DNA of 63,914 nucleotides, counting the filler, from Octopus bimaculoides (taxonomy: Eukaryota), in assembly GCF_001194135.2 (NCBI RefSeq). It is 8 parts of 7 records of this genome, joined end to end, with 100 filler letters (N's around TTAATTAATTAA, not from the genome) between each part and the next. Parts side by side here need not be neighbours in the genome. Positions count along the whole stretch, not along the records: positions 43,251 to 56,151 come from NC_068989.1; positions 56,252 to 58,272 come from NW_026435621.1; positions 58,373 to 60,524 come from NC_068981.1; positions 60,625 to 62,773 come from NW_026333661.1; 4 more parts are not named here. One strand, given 5' to 3'. Positions 51,237-62,392 of this stretch are shown one piece after another; the stretch's first letter is position 1, and each line of letters begins with the position of its first letter. Both the position numbers and the translations under genes were made by a program. The notes under the pieces are model-generated. The model saw only the letters and a program-made list of their open reading frames with translations, made no database searches and had not been told where the DNA came from.

Positions 51237-52238
51237 CTTCACAATAGGTTCCTTTAAAGCCAGGTAGGCATCGGCAACGTAATTGGTTGGCATTTTGGAT
51301 GCAGGTTCCTCCGTTAAGACAAGGGCGAGACGGACAATACGGGTTTGGAATACGTTCAGTACAAATAGTGCCAGACCATCCATTAACACAATTACAAGTG
51401 AAGCCATTTGGTACCGAGCTGCTACACCGGCCGTTATTTTGGCAAGGATTTGGGGTGCATGGATTGGTTCGAATGCCGCATGTCTGTCCAGTCCATCCTT
51501 GTCGACAATTACAAATAAAGCTGTTTCCGTTAGGATAGCACTGTCCACCGTTCAAACAGGGGTTACTCGAACAAGATGTAATGATATTCTGACAGTTTTT
51601 ACCAGTCCATCCTTGGCTACACACACAAACGTAGTTAAAATTGTTTTGTACAAAACATTGGCCATTATTATAGCATGGTTTTGAAGCGCAAGGATCTCTT
51701 GTCGAACAATCTCGACCACCAAATCCTTGAAGGCAGTCGCATATTCTTGTGTTTCTATTACAAGTTCCTCCATTTTGACATGGTGGATAACATTGAATCG
51801 CCACCTGGCATCTATCACCTTCAAATCCATTGAGACATGTGCAAGTGATTTGATTGTTTACAAGCTGACATGTTCCACCATTTTGACAGATATTTGGTGA
51901 GCAAAATGGTTGTTCACATTGTCGTCCTGTGAATCCAACAGGGCATTGACAAGTGAATTGAACTCCATTTGGATAGCATGTACCACCATTTTGACAGGGT
52001 GAGGGTTGACAGGAATTAATGGGAATTTCACATCGTGTACCAGTAAATCCAGGTTGGCAATAACATTTCGCAGCAAAGTTAGTTATAGCACATCGGCCAC
52101 CATTTAGGCAAGTCACCGACCGACATTTATCTGAAAATTGACAACGATTACCGTAAAAGTTAGGAAGACATTGGCACACAAATGAGGTACCTGCATTCGA
52201 ACATGTACCACCGTTCATACAAGGTGCTGACAAACATG
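51237..52238 (-). CDS. DSL-EGF-CBM14 gene: 1002-nt exon with 9 EGF repeats
   Basis: Acceptor TTCTTTCAG, donor AAG|GTAAGC, phase 1-1, open frame, nine six-Cys EGF modules. Confidence 0.95.
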
Positions 52239-52494
52239 CTGAAAGAACTAGATTCAAAATGAAATAAATAAAATAAATTAACAGAATAAATCTACTTAAT
52301 TTGCTGTCTAATAAGACAATATTCGCTAAATCCATAAATGATATATATCAAAATACAAACCCAGAAAAGATTCAGTTTTGTAAATAAGTAAATGTGTTTC
52401 TTTTTTCATTTTGTTCTAGATTACAAACATAGTTGCAGTGCTAGCACATTAAAGACATCTTATAGCTATATCTAAGGTAGACCTCTTTAATACA

Positions 52495-52799
52495 TGTGCG
52501 GACAGGATGCCGAATGCACTTTTGCCAAAAGACAAGTATCCGAAGCCAAGAATGCTGAATGAACTCAATGTCGAACGGACATAAAGCCGAACTGACACAA
52601 TAATAAAAAAAGAAAACATTTATGCCTACATAGTTTTCTTACCAATTCACTAATTTGGCACCTATTTAACGAGATTAAATTTTAATTTTTGTATGTCTTT
52701 TCGACATCTTGTCCGTTCGGCTTTACGTCTGTTCGGCATTGTGTCCGTTCGGCTTCTTGTCTTTCGGCAAAACTGCATCGGCGTCTCGTTCGTGTACTG
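52495..52799. mobile_element. MITE with 9-bp TSD (Mutator-like) and GCCGAA/TTCGGC subrepeats
   Basis: TTTAATACA at 52486-52494 and 52800-52808. Inverted arms. Absent from the paralogous intron near 44490-44510. Confidence 0.75.
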
Positions 52800-53870
52800 T
52801 TTAATACAGTATTATATTTATTGAGTAACACTCAATATCTGATCAGTACAATTGATACAATTACTAATTTAGCTTACAGGTCATCTACAAAACGTTAAAA
52901 ATTGTTCTCAAATAGAAATATAGCTAAGATAAAAACAATTGAAAATAGAAATAAAGTTGTATTAAGTAAACGACTGCCAGATAACTTAAGAGAGATTATA
53001 TTTTCTTTATTATCTTAAATATGATTTGGCGATGACAACCTGTTAGAAAGTGAGAAATGTATTTCACTTCGCTTGAATGATTTTTGTGTTATACTTTCAT
53101 AAATATTTTTTTATACTACGTAATCCCAATGCCGAAGTTAATATACGATGTGGTATTCAATGCAATTGCGAATATAGGTTTTATTTGTTGGTAGAAGTTT
53201 GGTTATGTGAGATCCAGATATCGCTCAGCATTGAATGTCTCTCCCATATCTGTGTTGGTACATCTTTAATCTCTGACTTCATTGGGTGCAAATAGATGTA
53301 TTCCACATTATTAGAAATCTTCAAACCTAACCACTGCTTGGTTCCTTTATAGCTGAAATAATTAAATTTTTATCTTGCTTATGTGTTCCACTCCAAATCC
53401 TGCTTCTACCTCTTAAACCCGTTCTACATATTGCAAACAGTCATTGTAAGGACCATTTGTCTCACTAATGTTAAAGTCTCTATATTAGCATCATCCTTTA
53501 TCTTCTAGTCTGAGACGACCATATCGCTTACAGACTTCGTTTTCCAACAAAATAGACAGGTCACACATTTTTAGGTGGTTTTATATTTGAAGAAGGAAAA
53601 TGATTTTAGTAGAAAGATATTAAAAAGTCTAACATATTTCTAATTTGAAATTGAAAGAAATTCATTTAGATAAGTAAATAGATCGTTACAAAGCTACTGA
53701 AATAATTTATATTCTTTTCTTATCTAGGCACATATATTCAGAGACAGTTGGTATTTCTCAGTTTACCATGGAACTTGACGGTTAAATTGTTTGCAATACT
53801 TACCTTGGTGAAATGTTTGCATTACTTTATTATAGTAATGTAAATTCAAATAGAAATTCATGATTCTTAC

Positions 53871-53984
53871 CATTCTCGCATCTGGATCCCGTATAACCAT
53901 ATGCACATTTGCAGTGATAGCCATTAATTTCGTCGACGCACGTACCACCATTTAAACAAGGAGCCTGTCTGCAGTCGTCGACGC
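53871..53984 (-). CDS. DSL-EGF-CBM14 gene: calcium-binding EGF exon
   Basis: TTTTAG acceptor, ATG|GTAAGA donor, 114 nt, phase 1-1. [38 protein letters not shown] contains the C-x-D-x4-Y-x-C hydroxylation motif. Confidence 0.93.
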
Positions 53985-54661
53985 CTAAAATAAATCAATA
54001 TTAACCCATTTTTTCACTTCGTTAATCTTTGAAAACTCATTCCAGTTAAGAACATCACAGGTATTGCAGTATCATGCATATTTAATAGTTTGTTTCTTTT
54101 AGGGACTAGTATTAATACCTTGTCGAAGCAGTTAAATCTAACCTGTTTAAATAACAGTAAATTGTTCGACATTTAAATGCATATCTACTTCTAAATGTTT
54201 ACTTCCATTTATTTTAACGTATTAATTATCCACTCATATCTACATGTTATTAATCAATCTAGAACAAGCTATTAACTTTCAACTAGAGTAATAACGTAAC
54301 AACTCAACTATGATAAGCTTTTGAACTTTCACTTCCAACGAATTATTATTGTCCATTTAAGCAAATGACCGAAATAATCTACAAGCATTATTTGGAATAT
54401 TTTTGAGGAGATAAATAACACACCAGCAGGTGGAATACATGTAGAACCAGACGACATGTAATATTAAATATCTAATGTATTTAAAAGTGCAAATCTGAAC
54501 GTACATATGTTAAAGTTGTCCACGTTAAAAAGAGTTTATTCTATGAAATGGATTCAATTAACAACATCGTTATAGCTAAAATAAAATAGACATTGATAGT
54601 TTCGCGAGTATTACGAATTCCTACAAATAAAGTAAACAAATTAACAGAAAACAGTAAATAC

Positions 54662-54772
54662 CTCTAATACAAGTTTTTCCTGTGTATAACGGTTTGCAGG
54701 TGCATCTGTACGTAGAGCCCATTGAGATACAAGTTCCACTGTTTTTACACGGTGCGCTGCGGCATGGATCAG
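54662..54772 (-). CDS. DSL-EGF-CBM14 gene: first EGF exon
   Basis: TTTTTCAG acceptor, GAG|GTATTT donor, 111 nt, phase 1-1. [37 protein letters not shown]. Confidence 0.9.
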
Positions 54773-55468
54773 CTGAAAAAAATATTGTCGATACATGTCT
54801 TTTGCGCACATATTTACTTTCTATTTATTTAAATTATGAAATTCGGTCAGAATGAAAATGAATCAGCTACATTAATTACAGCAATGTATTTACAATCTCA
54901 CAAAAAGAGAACTTGTATTCATTTTTTTCAGAGATTTACCTGCTTTCTATTGAATTGAGCTGTTGCGAATAGAGTCGAATCCGTGTCAGTCCACAAAGAT
55001 ATTCAACTCTCATCCATTTATATGCTTCGCTATAAATGGGTAATATGTTGAGATGTAGTTTTCTGCTTTAATCGCAGGAGCCCCGTAAAGCAACGAATGA
55101 TCTGTTTGCTTGCAATTATGTGCGTCTGTCGTGACTACAGCTCAGACAGACGTTTTTTTTTTAAACAGGAATTAATCCATCCTTGATTAATGCAACAGTC
55201 ATTAATAATTAAGGTAATTATGGGGGTAAAAAATTGATTGAATGACTGATTTTCGATGACTCAGTTTTAGATCACCGGGAATCTAAAGTGTGAGTGAGCA
55301 AATTCAAGATAATCGAAGTAATAGCGAATCGCAATGAAAATACAAGGCCAAAATTGTTTTAGGAGGAAATTGGTCCACATTGTATTGGATCCAGGAAGCC
55401 AAAGGGAGAACTGATCTAGGCGGGATTTGAATTCATGATGTAAAAAGACAGAAATAATATATACGTAC

Positions 55469-55613
55469 CATCGGCATTGCAGAATGAACCAGTGAAACCA
55501 GGCTTGCAGACCTTTTCACCGTTAGGACCACACTGAAACCTCGTTTGCTCGCTGATGGGAATATAACACCTGATGGCACAGTTTGGACCATAGTAGTCTT
55601 GGCTGCAATAGCT
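55469..55613 (-). CDS. DSL-EGF-CBM14 gene: DSL (Delta/Serrate/LAG-2) domain exon
   Basis: TTTCAG acceptor, ATG|GTACGT donor, 145 nt, phase 0-1. SYCSQDYYGPNCAIRCYIPISEQTRFQCGPNGEKVCKPGFTGSFCNAD matches the DSL pattern C-x3-YYG-x2-C-x3-C...C-x3-G-x3-C-x2-G[WF]-x-G-x2-C. Confidence 0.88.
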
Positions 55614-55763
55614 CTGAAATAAAACAATAATAAAGACATTCTAAGACTTTAGAAAATTGAACAGTTAAAGATGATTTCCGATATTTTGATCCCAAACAGA
55701 CTGTTTTAAAAGTATAAACGTTTGTAGCTTTGGTGTACGAGGTTTTAATAATTGGCATGGTAT

Positions 55764-55983
55764 AAGGTGGCGAGCTGGCAGAATCGTTAGCACGCTGGAC
55801 GAAATGCTGAGCGGTACTTCGGCCGTTGCTACGTTCTGAGTTCAAATTCTCCCGAAGTCGACTTTGCCTTTTATCCTTTCGGGATCGATAAATTAAGTAC
55901 CAGTTCTGTACTGGTGTCGATCTAATCGACTGGCCCCTCGTCCCAAATTTCAGGCCTTGTGCCTATAATAGAAACGATTAATT
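55764..55983 (+). mobile_element. tRNA-headed SINE family A
   Basis: Complete head, core and CAGGCCTTGTGCCTAT tail. Confidence 0.9.
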
Positions 55984-56151
55984 GGTATGGTATTAAGACT
56001 GCATGCTCTTCCATAATGAAACCGATTCTAATGCTGTTTAAACCGCAATATGTTCATAATAACACTATGGCTTGCCGGTTATTGACTGTGGTGTACTTAG
56101 AAGCAAATGCAGTTAATAGTTACGTTAATAACAGAAATTACTAGCTTCGCG

Positions 56152-56251
56152 NNNNNNNNNNNNNNNNNNNNNNNNNNNNNNNNNNNNNNNNNNNNTTAAT
56201 TAATTAANNNNNNNNNNNNNNNNNNNNNNNNNNNNNNNNNNNNNNNNNNNN
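56152..56251. other. Artificial scaffold join
   Basis: 44 N + TTAATTAATTAA + 44 N. Confidence 0.95.
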
Positions 56252-56680
56252 AAGCGACATTCGTAACACACAGCCACACCTGTTTAGGAAAAATTCCTAT
56301 CTATACTTATCCTACTGCATGGTTGTCTTATAAAAGATTAGCATATTCATAGAATTTAACGATGTTAATCACCAAATATAAACCGCCTCCGGAAAGTTAC
56401 ACGATAACATTAAGCTGAGGGCACTTGGTGGATTTCTGTCTATATTTATACTTAGTTGAAACGTCGGCATAATCCTAAGTGCAAACACGTACTCAAACGT
56501 ACGCGCCGGCACATGCAAACACACATACACAATACTGTGTTACGTCACGACGAAATATGGATACGGCTGGTGCCATGCCAAATGCATCCAAGAATTTCAG
56601 TCATCTTACATTCCAGTTATCCCTTCTATACACACACATATATTCGTGTATGTGTGTGTGTATATATATACATGTCTGCA

Positions 56681-56913
56681 AGGCGGTGAGCAGGCAGAAA
56701 CGTTAGCAAGCCAGGTGAAATGCTCTGCGGTATTTCGTCTGTCTTGACGTTCTGAGTTCAAATACGGCCGAGGTCGACTTTGCACTTTCATCCTTTCGGG
56801 GTCGATTATACAAGTACCAGTTACGCACTGGGGTCGATGTAATCGACTTAAACCCCTTTGTCTGTCCTTGTTTGTCCCCGCTACTCTTAGTCTCCTGTGG
56901 GCAATAAAGAAAT
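56681..56913 (+). mobile_element. tRNA-headed SINE family A, full length
   Basis: A and B boxes, GTCGACTTTGCACTTTCATCCTTTCGGGGTCGAT core, GTGGGCAATAAAGAAAT tail. Confidence 0.9.
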
Positions 56914-57531
56914 ATATATATATATATATATATATATANNNNNNNNNNNNNNNNNNNNNNNNNNNNNNNNNNNNNNNNNNNNNNNNNNNNNNNNNNNNNN
57001 NNNNNNNNNNNNNNNNNNNNNNNNNNNNNNNNNNNNNNNNNNNNNNNNNNNNNNNNNNNNNNNNNNNNNNNNNNNNNNNNNNNNNNNNNNNNNNNNNNNN
57101 NNNNNNNNNNNNNNNNNNNNNNNNNNNNNNNNNNNNNNNNNNNNNNNNNNNNNNNNNNNNNNNNNNNNNNNNNNNNNNNNNNNNNNNNNNNNNNNNNNNN
57201 NNNNNNNNNNNNNNNNNNNNNNNNNNNNNNNNNNNNNNNNNNNNNNNNNNNNNNNNNNNNNNNNNNNNNNNNNNNNNNNNNNNNNNNNNNNNNNNNNNNN
57301 NNNNNNNNNNNNNNNNNNNNNNNNNNNNNNNNNNNNNNNNNNNNNNNNNNNNNNNNNNNNNNNNNNNNNNNNNNNNNNNNNNNNNNNNNNNNNNNNNNNN
57401 NNNNNNNNNNNNNNNNNNNNNNNNNNNNNNNNNNNNNNNNNNNNNNNNNNNNNNNNNNNNNNNNNNNNNNNNNNNNNNNNNNNNNNNNNNNNNNNNNNNN
57501 NNNNNNNNNNNNNNNNNNNNNNNNNNNNNNN

Positions 57532-57578
<47 letters not shown>

Positions 57579-58272
57579 CGGTTACATATATGTGTGCGTA
57601 TGTATACGCATATATAATATATATTATTATATATACATTATATATCAAATGATATAGTATCATTTTATTTCTGCATTTTAGAATGATACTCCAGATATCT
57701 ATTAAGAGCTTTACGAACCTAAATTAGCACAGCAACACCAACAACAACAACAACAACAACAACAATAATAATAATAATTAAAAAATAATAATAATAACAA
57801 CAACAACAACAAAAACAAAAACAGCAATAAATATGCGAAAAGAAACAAAAACTAACAAATAAAAATGGTCGCCCTAACAACGGGATGCATTATCAGCGCT
57901 AAGTGTATTTGCATCTGAATTAGATTTATGATAAAAATGTAACCGAGCGGTCGGGTTTCAATCTGAATGTGCACATAGGTATTAGAATACAACTACACTC
58001 AAACACACAGGGACGCACACATACAAAAATGTTAAAAAATATTATACATACATACATACATATATATATATATATGTATATATGTATAGATACATGTATA
58101 TATGTGTGTGTATATGTATATATGCATATTCACACATACACATATACATATATATGTTATATATGTATATATACACACACACATACATATATATATACAT
58201 GCCTATATAATACTTATATATATAAGTATGTATGTATGCATGCATGCATGCATGTATGTATGTATGTATGTA

Positions 58273-58372
58273 NNNNNNNNNNNNNNNNNNNNNNNNNNNN
58301 NNNNNNNNNNNNNNNNTTAATTAATTAANNNNNNNNNNNNNNNNNNNNNNNNNNNNNNNNNNNNNNNNNNNN
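58273..58372. other. Artificial scaffold join
   Basis: 44 N + TTAATTAATTAA + 44 N. Confidence 0.95.
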
Positions 58373-58580
58373 GTGTGTCTGTTTGTTCCCCCCCCCACCA
58401 ACATCACTTGACAACTGATGGTGGTGTGTTTGCGTCCCCGTAACTTAGCGGTTCGGGAAAAGGGACCGATAGAATAAGTACTAGGCTTACAAAGAATAAG
58501 TCCTGGGGTCGATTTGCTCGACAAAAGGTGGTGCTCCAGCATGGCCGCAGTCAAATGACTGAAACAAGTAAAAGAGTAAG
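58373..58580 (+). mobile_element. SINE family B, 3' half
   Basis: GATAGAATAAGTACTAGGCTTACAAAGAATAAGTCCTGGGGTCG...ACTGAAACAAGTAAAAGAG. Confidence 0.9.
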
Positions 58581-58581
58581 A

Positions 58582-58618
<37 letters not shown>

Positions 58619-59163
58619 GTGTGTGTGTGTGTGTGTGTGTGTATACATACATATTATTTCTGAGAGAAAACGGTTGGTCACATTTAGAACTCCTTTGGTC
58701 ATAGGTATGTTAGGTCATAGTTGCATAGCTGATCATGCAAAACGCAAACAAACAGCAAAATAATCCTTATTTTGGGTATTGTAATTCACAATACATATGG
58801 GTTTTCATTCTTTATCATAAAGTAGCAAAACCTGTGAGAATTTCACGTTTTATAAATATTTCTATTTTGTTGCGTAAATTGATAGATCTTCATAATTATT
58901 GCTTCATTTCGTTTAAAGGTTTTAATTATGTTTTCGATGTCATTCCATAGTTTAAAATTATTTAAAAACGTGTCATACGAACCTTCATGGTAAAAATTTC
59001 GATTGTGCTTTCGATGTTATTCCATAGTTAACATTGTGGAAAGTATAATACTCGGATGTCTTTAATTGAGCTAAAGATTCGATTATATATTCGATGTCAT
59101 ACCATAATCTAAGATTGCTGAGACCGTGTCACATGAAGACACTTTGTGATGAGCATAATAAAT

Positions 59164-59563
59164 ATCATCATCGTCATCGGTCACTAGCCAGGTGCGCACC
59201 CTGTGTCCCATTGCAACTGTGTTGTGCTGCATACATGCACCATGCCAGGAACTTGCTTCCGGTTCATTCTTTGATGCCATCAGTTCAAAAACGTCATTGA
59301 CGGTCTCTTGCTCTCTTTTCTTCCATACTTCCTGTCAGGATGGTCTTCGGCAATGACTCGTGGCGTAACGTATATCCAAAATATGATTGGTTTGTGGGCT
59401 TAATTCTCGACAATGGGTGTCCCTGAATTTTCAGTTTTACTAGTGCTGTAGCATTTGATACATACCTTTCTTAATCTGTTCAGTCTACGAAAAATCCACA
59501 TCTCAAAGGCATCTACTTTCCATTTCTCTGTACATTGTCCAAGTTTCTGCTCTGTGGAGGACG
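59164..59563 (-). mobile_element. RTE-clade LINE 3' fragment with (GAT)n tail
   Basis: Frameshifted AETWT, KVDAFEMWIFRRL, YFGYTLRHESLPKTILTG, DGIKE*TG; tail GATGACGATGATGAT. Confidence 0.8.
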
Positions 59564-60194
59564 ATTGGCATGATATAACAATTACTAACTTTAATTGTAG
59601 GTGCAGTGTTATGCCTTTTGAGACGGAAGTATTTTACATTCATATAATTAAGGATAATAAATAGCATAAGAGATTTTTATTCCTTTGTAAATTCTCAATA
59701 TTATGTTCATTCATTTATAATCACCTTTTTATATCTATTTTGTAATTTCATTTATTAATTATTAAATTATTTATTCATTTACACATCGTTATGATTTATT
59801 TTATTTTTTATTATTTTATATATTTATTAGTAAATAGATTCGGATCAACCCAGAATTGTGACTGAAATTCGGGTGCGGAAATGCTTCGACCTTATGAGTC
59901 TATGGCTTGGGAAGGACTTTCTTTGAAACCGTGTTCTACGTGAGAAATTCTACCAGTATTCGAAGTTTGAAACTATTTGGTTAAAAAAATTAATTAAAAA
60001 ATCTGTGATTGAGATGGAATAGATCCCTCATCTATATTTAAATGTATGCATGTGTATGTATGTTTGTATGTATATATACATATATGTATTTATGAACGTA
60101 TGTGTGTGTATGTATATATGTATACATGTATGTTTACACATACACACGTGTATATGTTTGTATGCATGAAAATATATATACATTATATATATAT

Positions 60195-60237
<43 letters not shown>

Positions 60238-60476
60238 TAAAGTTATATATACAAAAAGGTATAAATATTAGGTTAAAAATCATTTAATGGTAGAACGAAT
60301 ATCTTGTTTCCTGGAGATGTGGGTGCGTGTCCCATGGGCAGCTTTTTAACGTAATATTAATAACCGGCTGTTATTAATATTTATAACACTATTTGCTTCG
60401 AGTTTTCCCTTCCCGACAAAAGAAGAATATATATGCGTATGTGTCTGCATGAGTGTGTGTGTGTGAGGGGGGGAGT

Positions 60477-60524
<48 letters not shown>

Positions 60525-60624
60525 NNNNNNNNNNNNNNNNNNNNNNNNNNNNNNNNNNNNNNNNNNNNTTAATTAATTAANNNNNNNNNNNNNNNNNNNN
60601 NNNNNNNNNNNNNNNNNNNNNNNN
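60525..60624. other. Artificial scaffold join
   Basis: 44 N + TTAATTAATTAA + 44 N. Confidence 0.95.
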
Positions 60625-60684
60625 TTATCTACAAGGAAGCATGTATTGACAAATTTGATGCTGTGTTCTGAGTTCTGTGTGATT

Positions 60685-60866
60685 ATGGCAGGAAGATCCA
60701 GTAACTTCGTTTCTATTATGGAAAAATTGAAAACAGAGGAGGATTCTGTGTCGTGCCTTCAAGAAAAGGGTGTAATACTCAAAAGAAAATTATGTAAAAA
60801 GAGGCATGTTATGAGTACGGAAAGATGTGGCGGGAACATGCAATGGTGATGCTCACTAATGAAATG
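60685..60866 (+). pseudogene. Possible Merlin/ISXO2-like transposase N-terminal remnant
   Basis: LKTEEDSVSCLQEKGVI...LCKKRHVM...W*CSLMKC resembles the TEEDxxxxLQExG / C-x3-H...WRC-x4-C N-terminus. Recognised by eye only. Confidence 0.4.
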
Positions 60867-62392
60867 TTTGTTTTTTTTTAAAGCATATTTAAATTGTAAT
60901 GTGTTTATTGCACATAACATGTTGTTCATCACATTTGCATTAAATGTATAGCGAATGCTTAAATGTTTATTTACTCATTTCTTTTTGTCACCAAGCACTG
61001 AAGTGGTTGTGAAGTGCACTAAAAAGAGCAGCCGAATAAAATTTATTGGATAAATCTTTTAAATTAAAGTTTATTCGTCAACATCTCGCTCAGAGATTTA
61101 AAACTAATTGTTTTTTTCTGAAATTACCATAAACATTTATTTACATGNNNNNNNNNNNNNNNNNNNNNNNNNNNNNNNNNNNNNNNNTATTGACAAAACG
61201 TGCAGCCATGCACAAAATGACAGCTTCCAAATCTTGTTTCTTGACTGGGTGAAAATGATCAAACATTAAAGGAGAGACCAAAGTGCCGCTACATTTTCAT
61301 GTATAAAAAATACAAAAATGGATAACCTAAGAACATTAAATTCCTTGGAAGAAAGCAGCGAATGTATACAAAAACAAGGACGGNNNNNNNNNNNNNNNNN
61401 NNNNNNNNNNNNNNNNNNNNNNNNNNNNNNNNNNNNNNNNNNNNNNNNNNNNNNNNNNNNNNNNNNNNNNNNNNNNNNNNNNNNNNNNNNNNNNNNNNNN
61501 NNNNNNNNNNNNNNNNNNNNNNNNNNNNNNNNNNNNNNNNNNNNNNNNNNNNNNNNNNNNNNNNNNNNNNNNNNNNNNNNNNNNNNNNNNNNNNNNNNNG
61601 CTGGCCAGATTGGAGCAATCTCGAATATAACCAGTCGAAATTGCAAAGACAATCTGGAACTCGACTGAGGGCAGAAAACGCCGAATGACCAGTCCTTGTT
61701 TTCTTTGTATCGTCTGTCTGGATGTTTTGTNNNNNNNNNNNNNNNNNNNNNNNNNNNNNNNNNNNNNNNNNNNNNNNNNNNNNNNNNNNNNNNNNNNNNN
61801 NNNNNNNNNNNNNNNNNNNNNNNNNNNNNNNNNNNNNNNNNNNNNNNNNNNNNNNNNNNNNNNNNNNNNNNNNNNNNNNNNNNNNNNNNNNNNNNNNNNN
61901 NNNNNNNNNNNNNNNNNNNNNNNNNNNNNNNNNNNNNNNNNNNNNNNNNNNNNNNNNNNNNNNNNNNNNNNNNNNNNNNNNNNNNNNNNNNNNNNNNNNN
62001 NNNNNNNNNNNNNNNNNNNNNNNNNNNNNNNNNNNNNNNNNNNNNNNNNNNNNNNNNNNNNNNNNNNNNNNNNNNNNNNNNNNNNNNNNNNNNNNNNNNN
62101 NNNNNNNNNNNNNNNNNNNNNNNNNNNNNNNNNNNNNATTTTCAACAATACGTTTTGATTTTACTGAACAATTACCAAAAATTGCTACATTAAAAATATA
62201 GCGCCATACAGCTTTGGAATTCTTAAGGAAAGAACACTCAACAGGGTGTACCAGATGAGTGTTTTAACGAAGACAAAATATACAAATATAACTTTTGTAT
62301 AATTAACAGATATCAAAAATGTTTTGAGTTTGTCGAGTCATATCGAAAGAATACAAAAAAAAAAATTAAAAAATAAAATAAAATAAAAAATC

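Noticed and set aside
43540-52335. Calling the EGF ORFs Notch, crumbs or fibropellin, or using their ORF-track Met starts
   Set aside because: The Met starts are intronic. The exon chain begins with DSL and ends in CBM14-stop, with no LNR, ankyrin, laminin-G, CUB or TM exon seen.
55433-55639. ORF-track protein MSLLLFYFRAIAAK... as a signal-peptide exon
   Set aside because: Wrong frame. The splice-bounded alternative frame encodes the DSL domain and is phase-compatible with the next exon.
43251-56151. EGF gene nested in the dishevelled intron
   Set aside because: Three artificial joins separate it from dvl exon 1; not supportable from this window.
58925-59107. CRISPR-like repeat-spacer array
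   Set aside because: Only three degenerate units, eukaryotic context, ~60-bp spacers and no cas genes.
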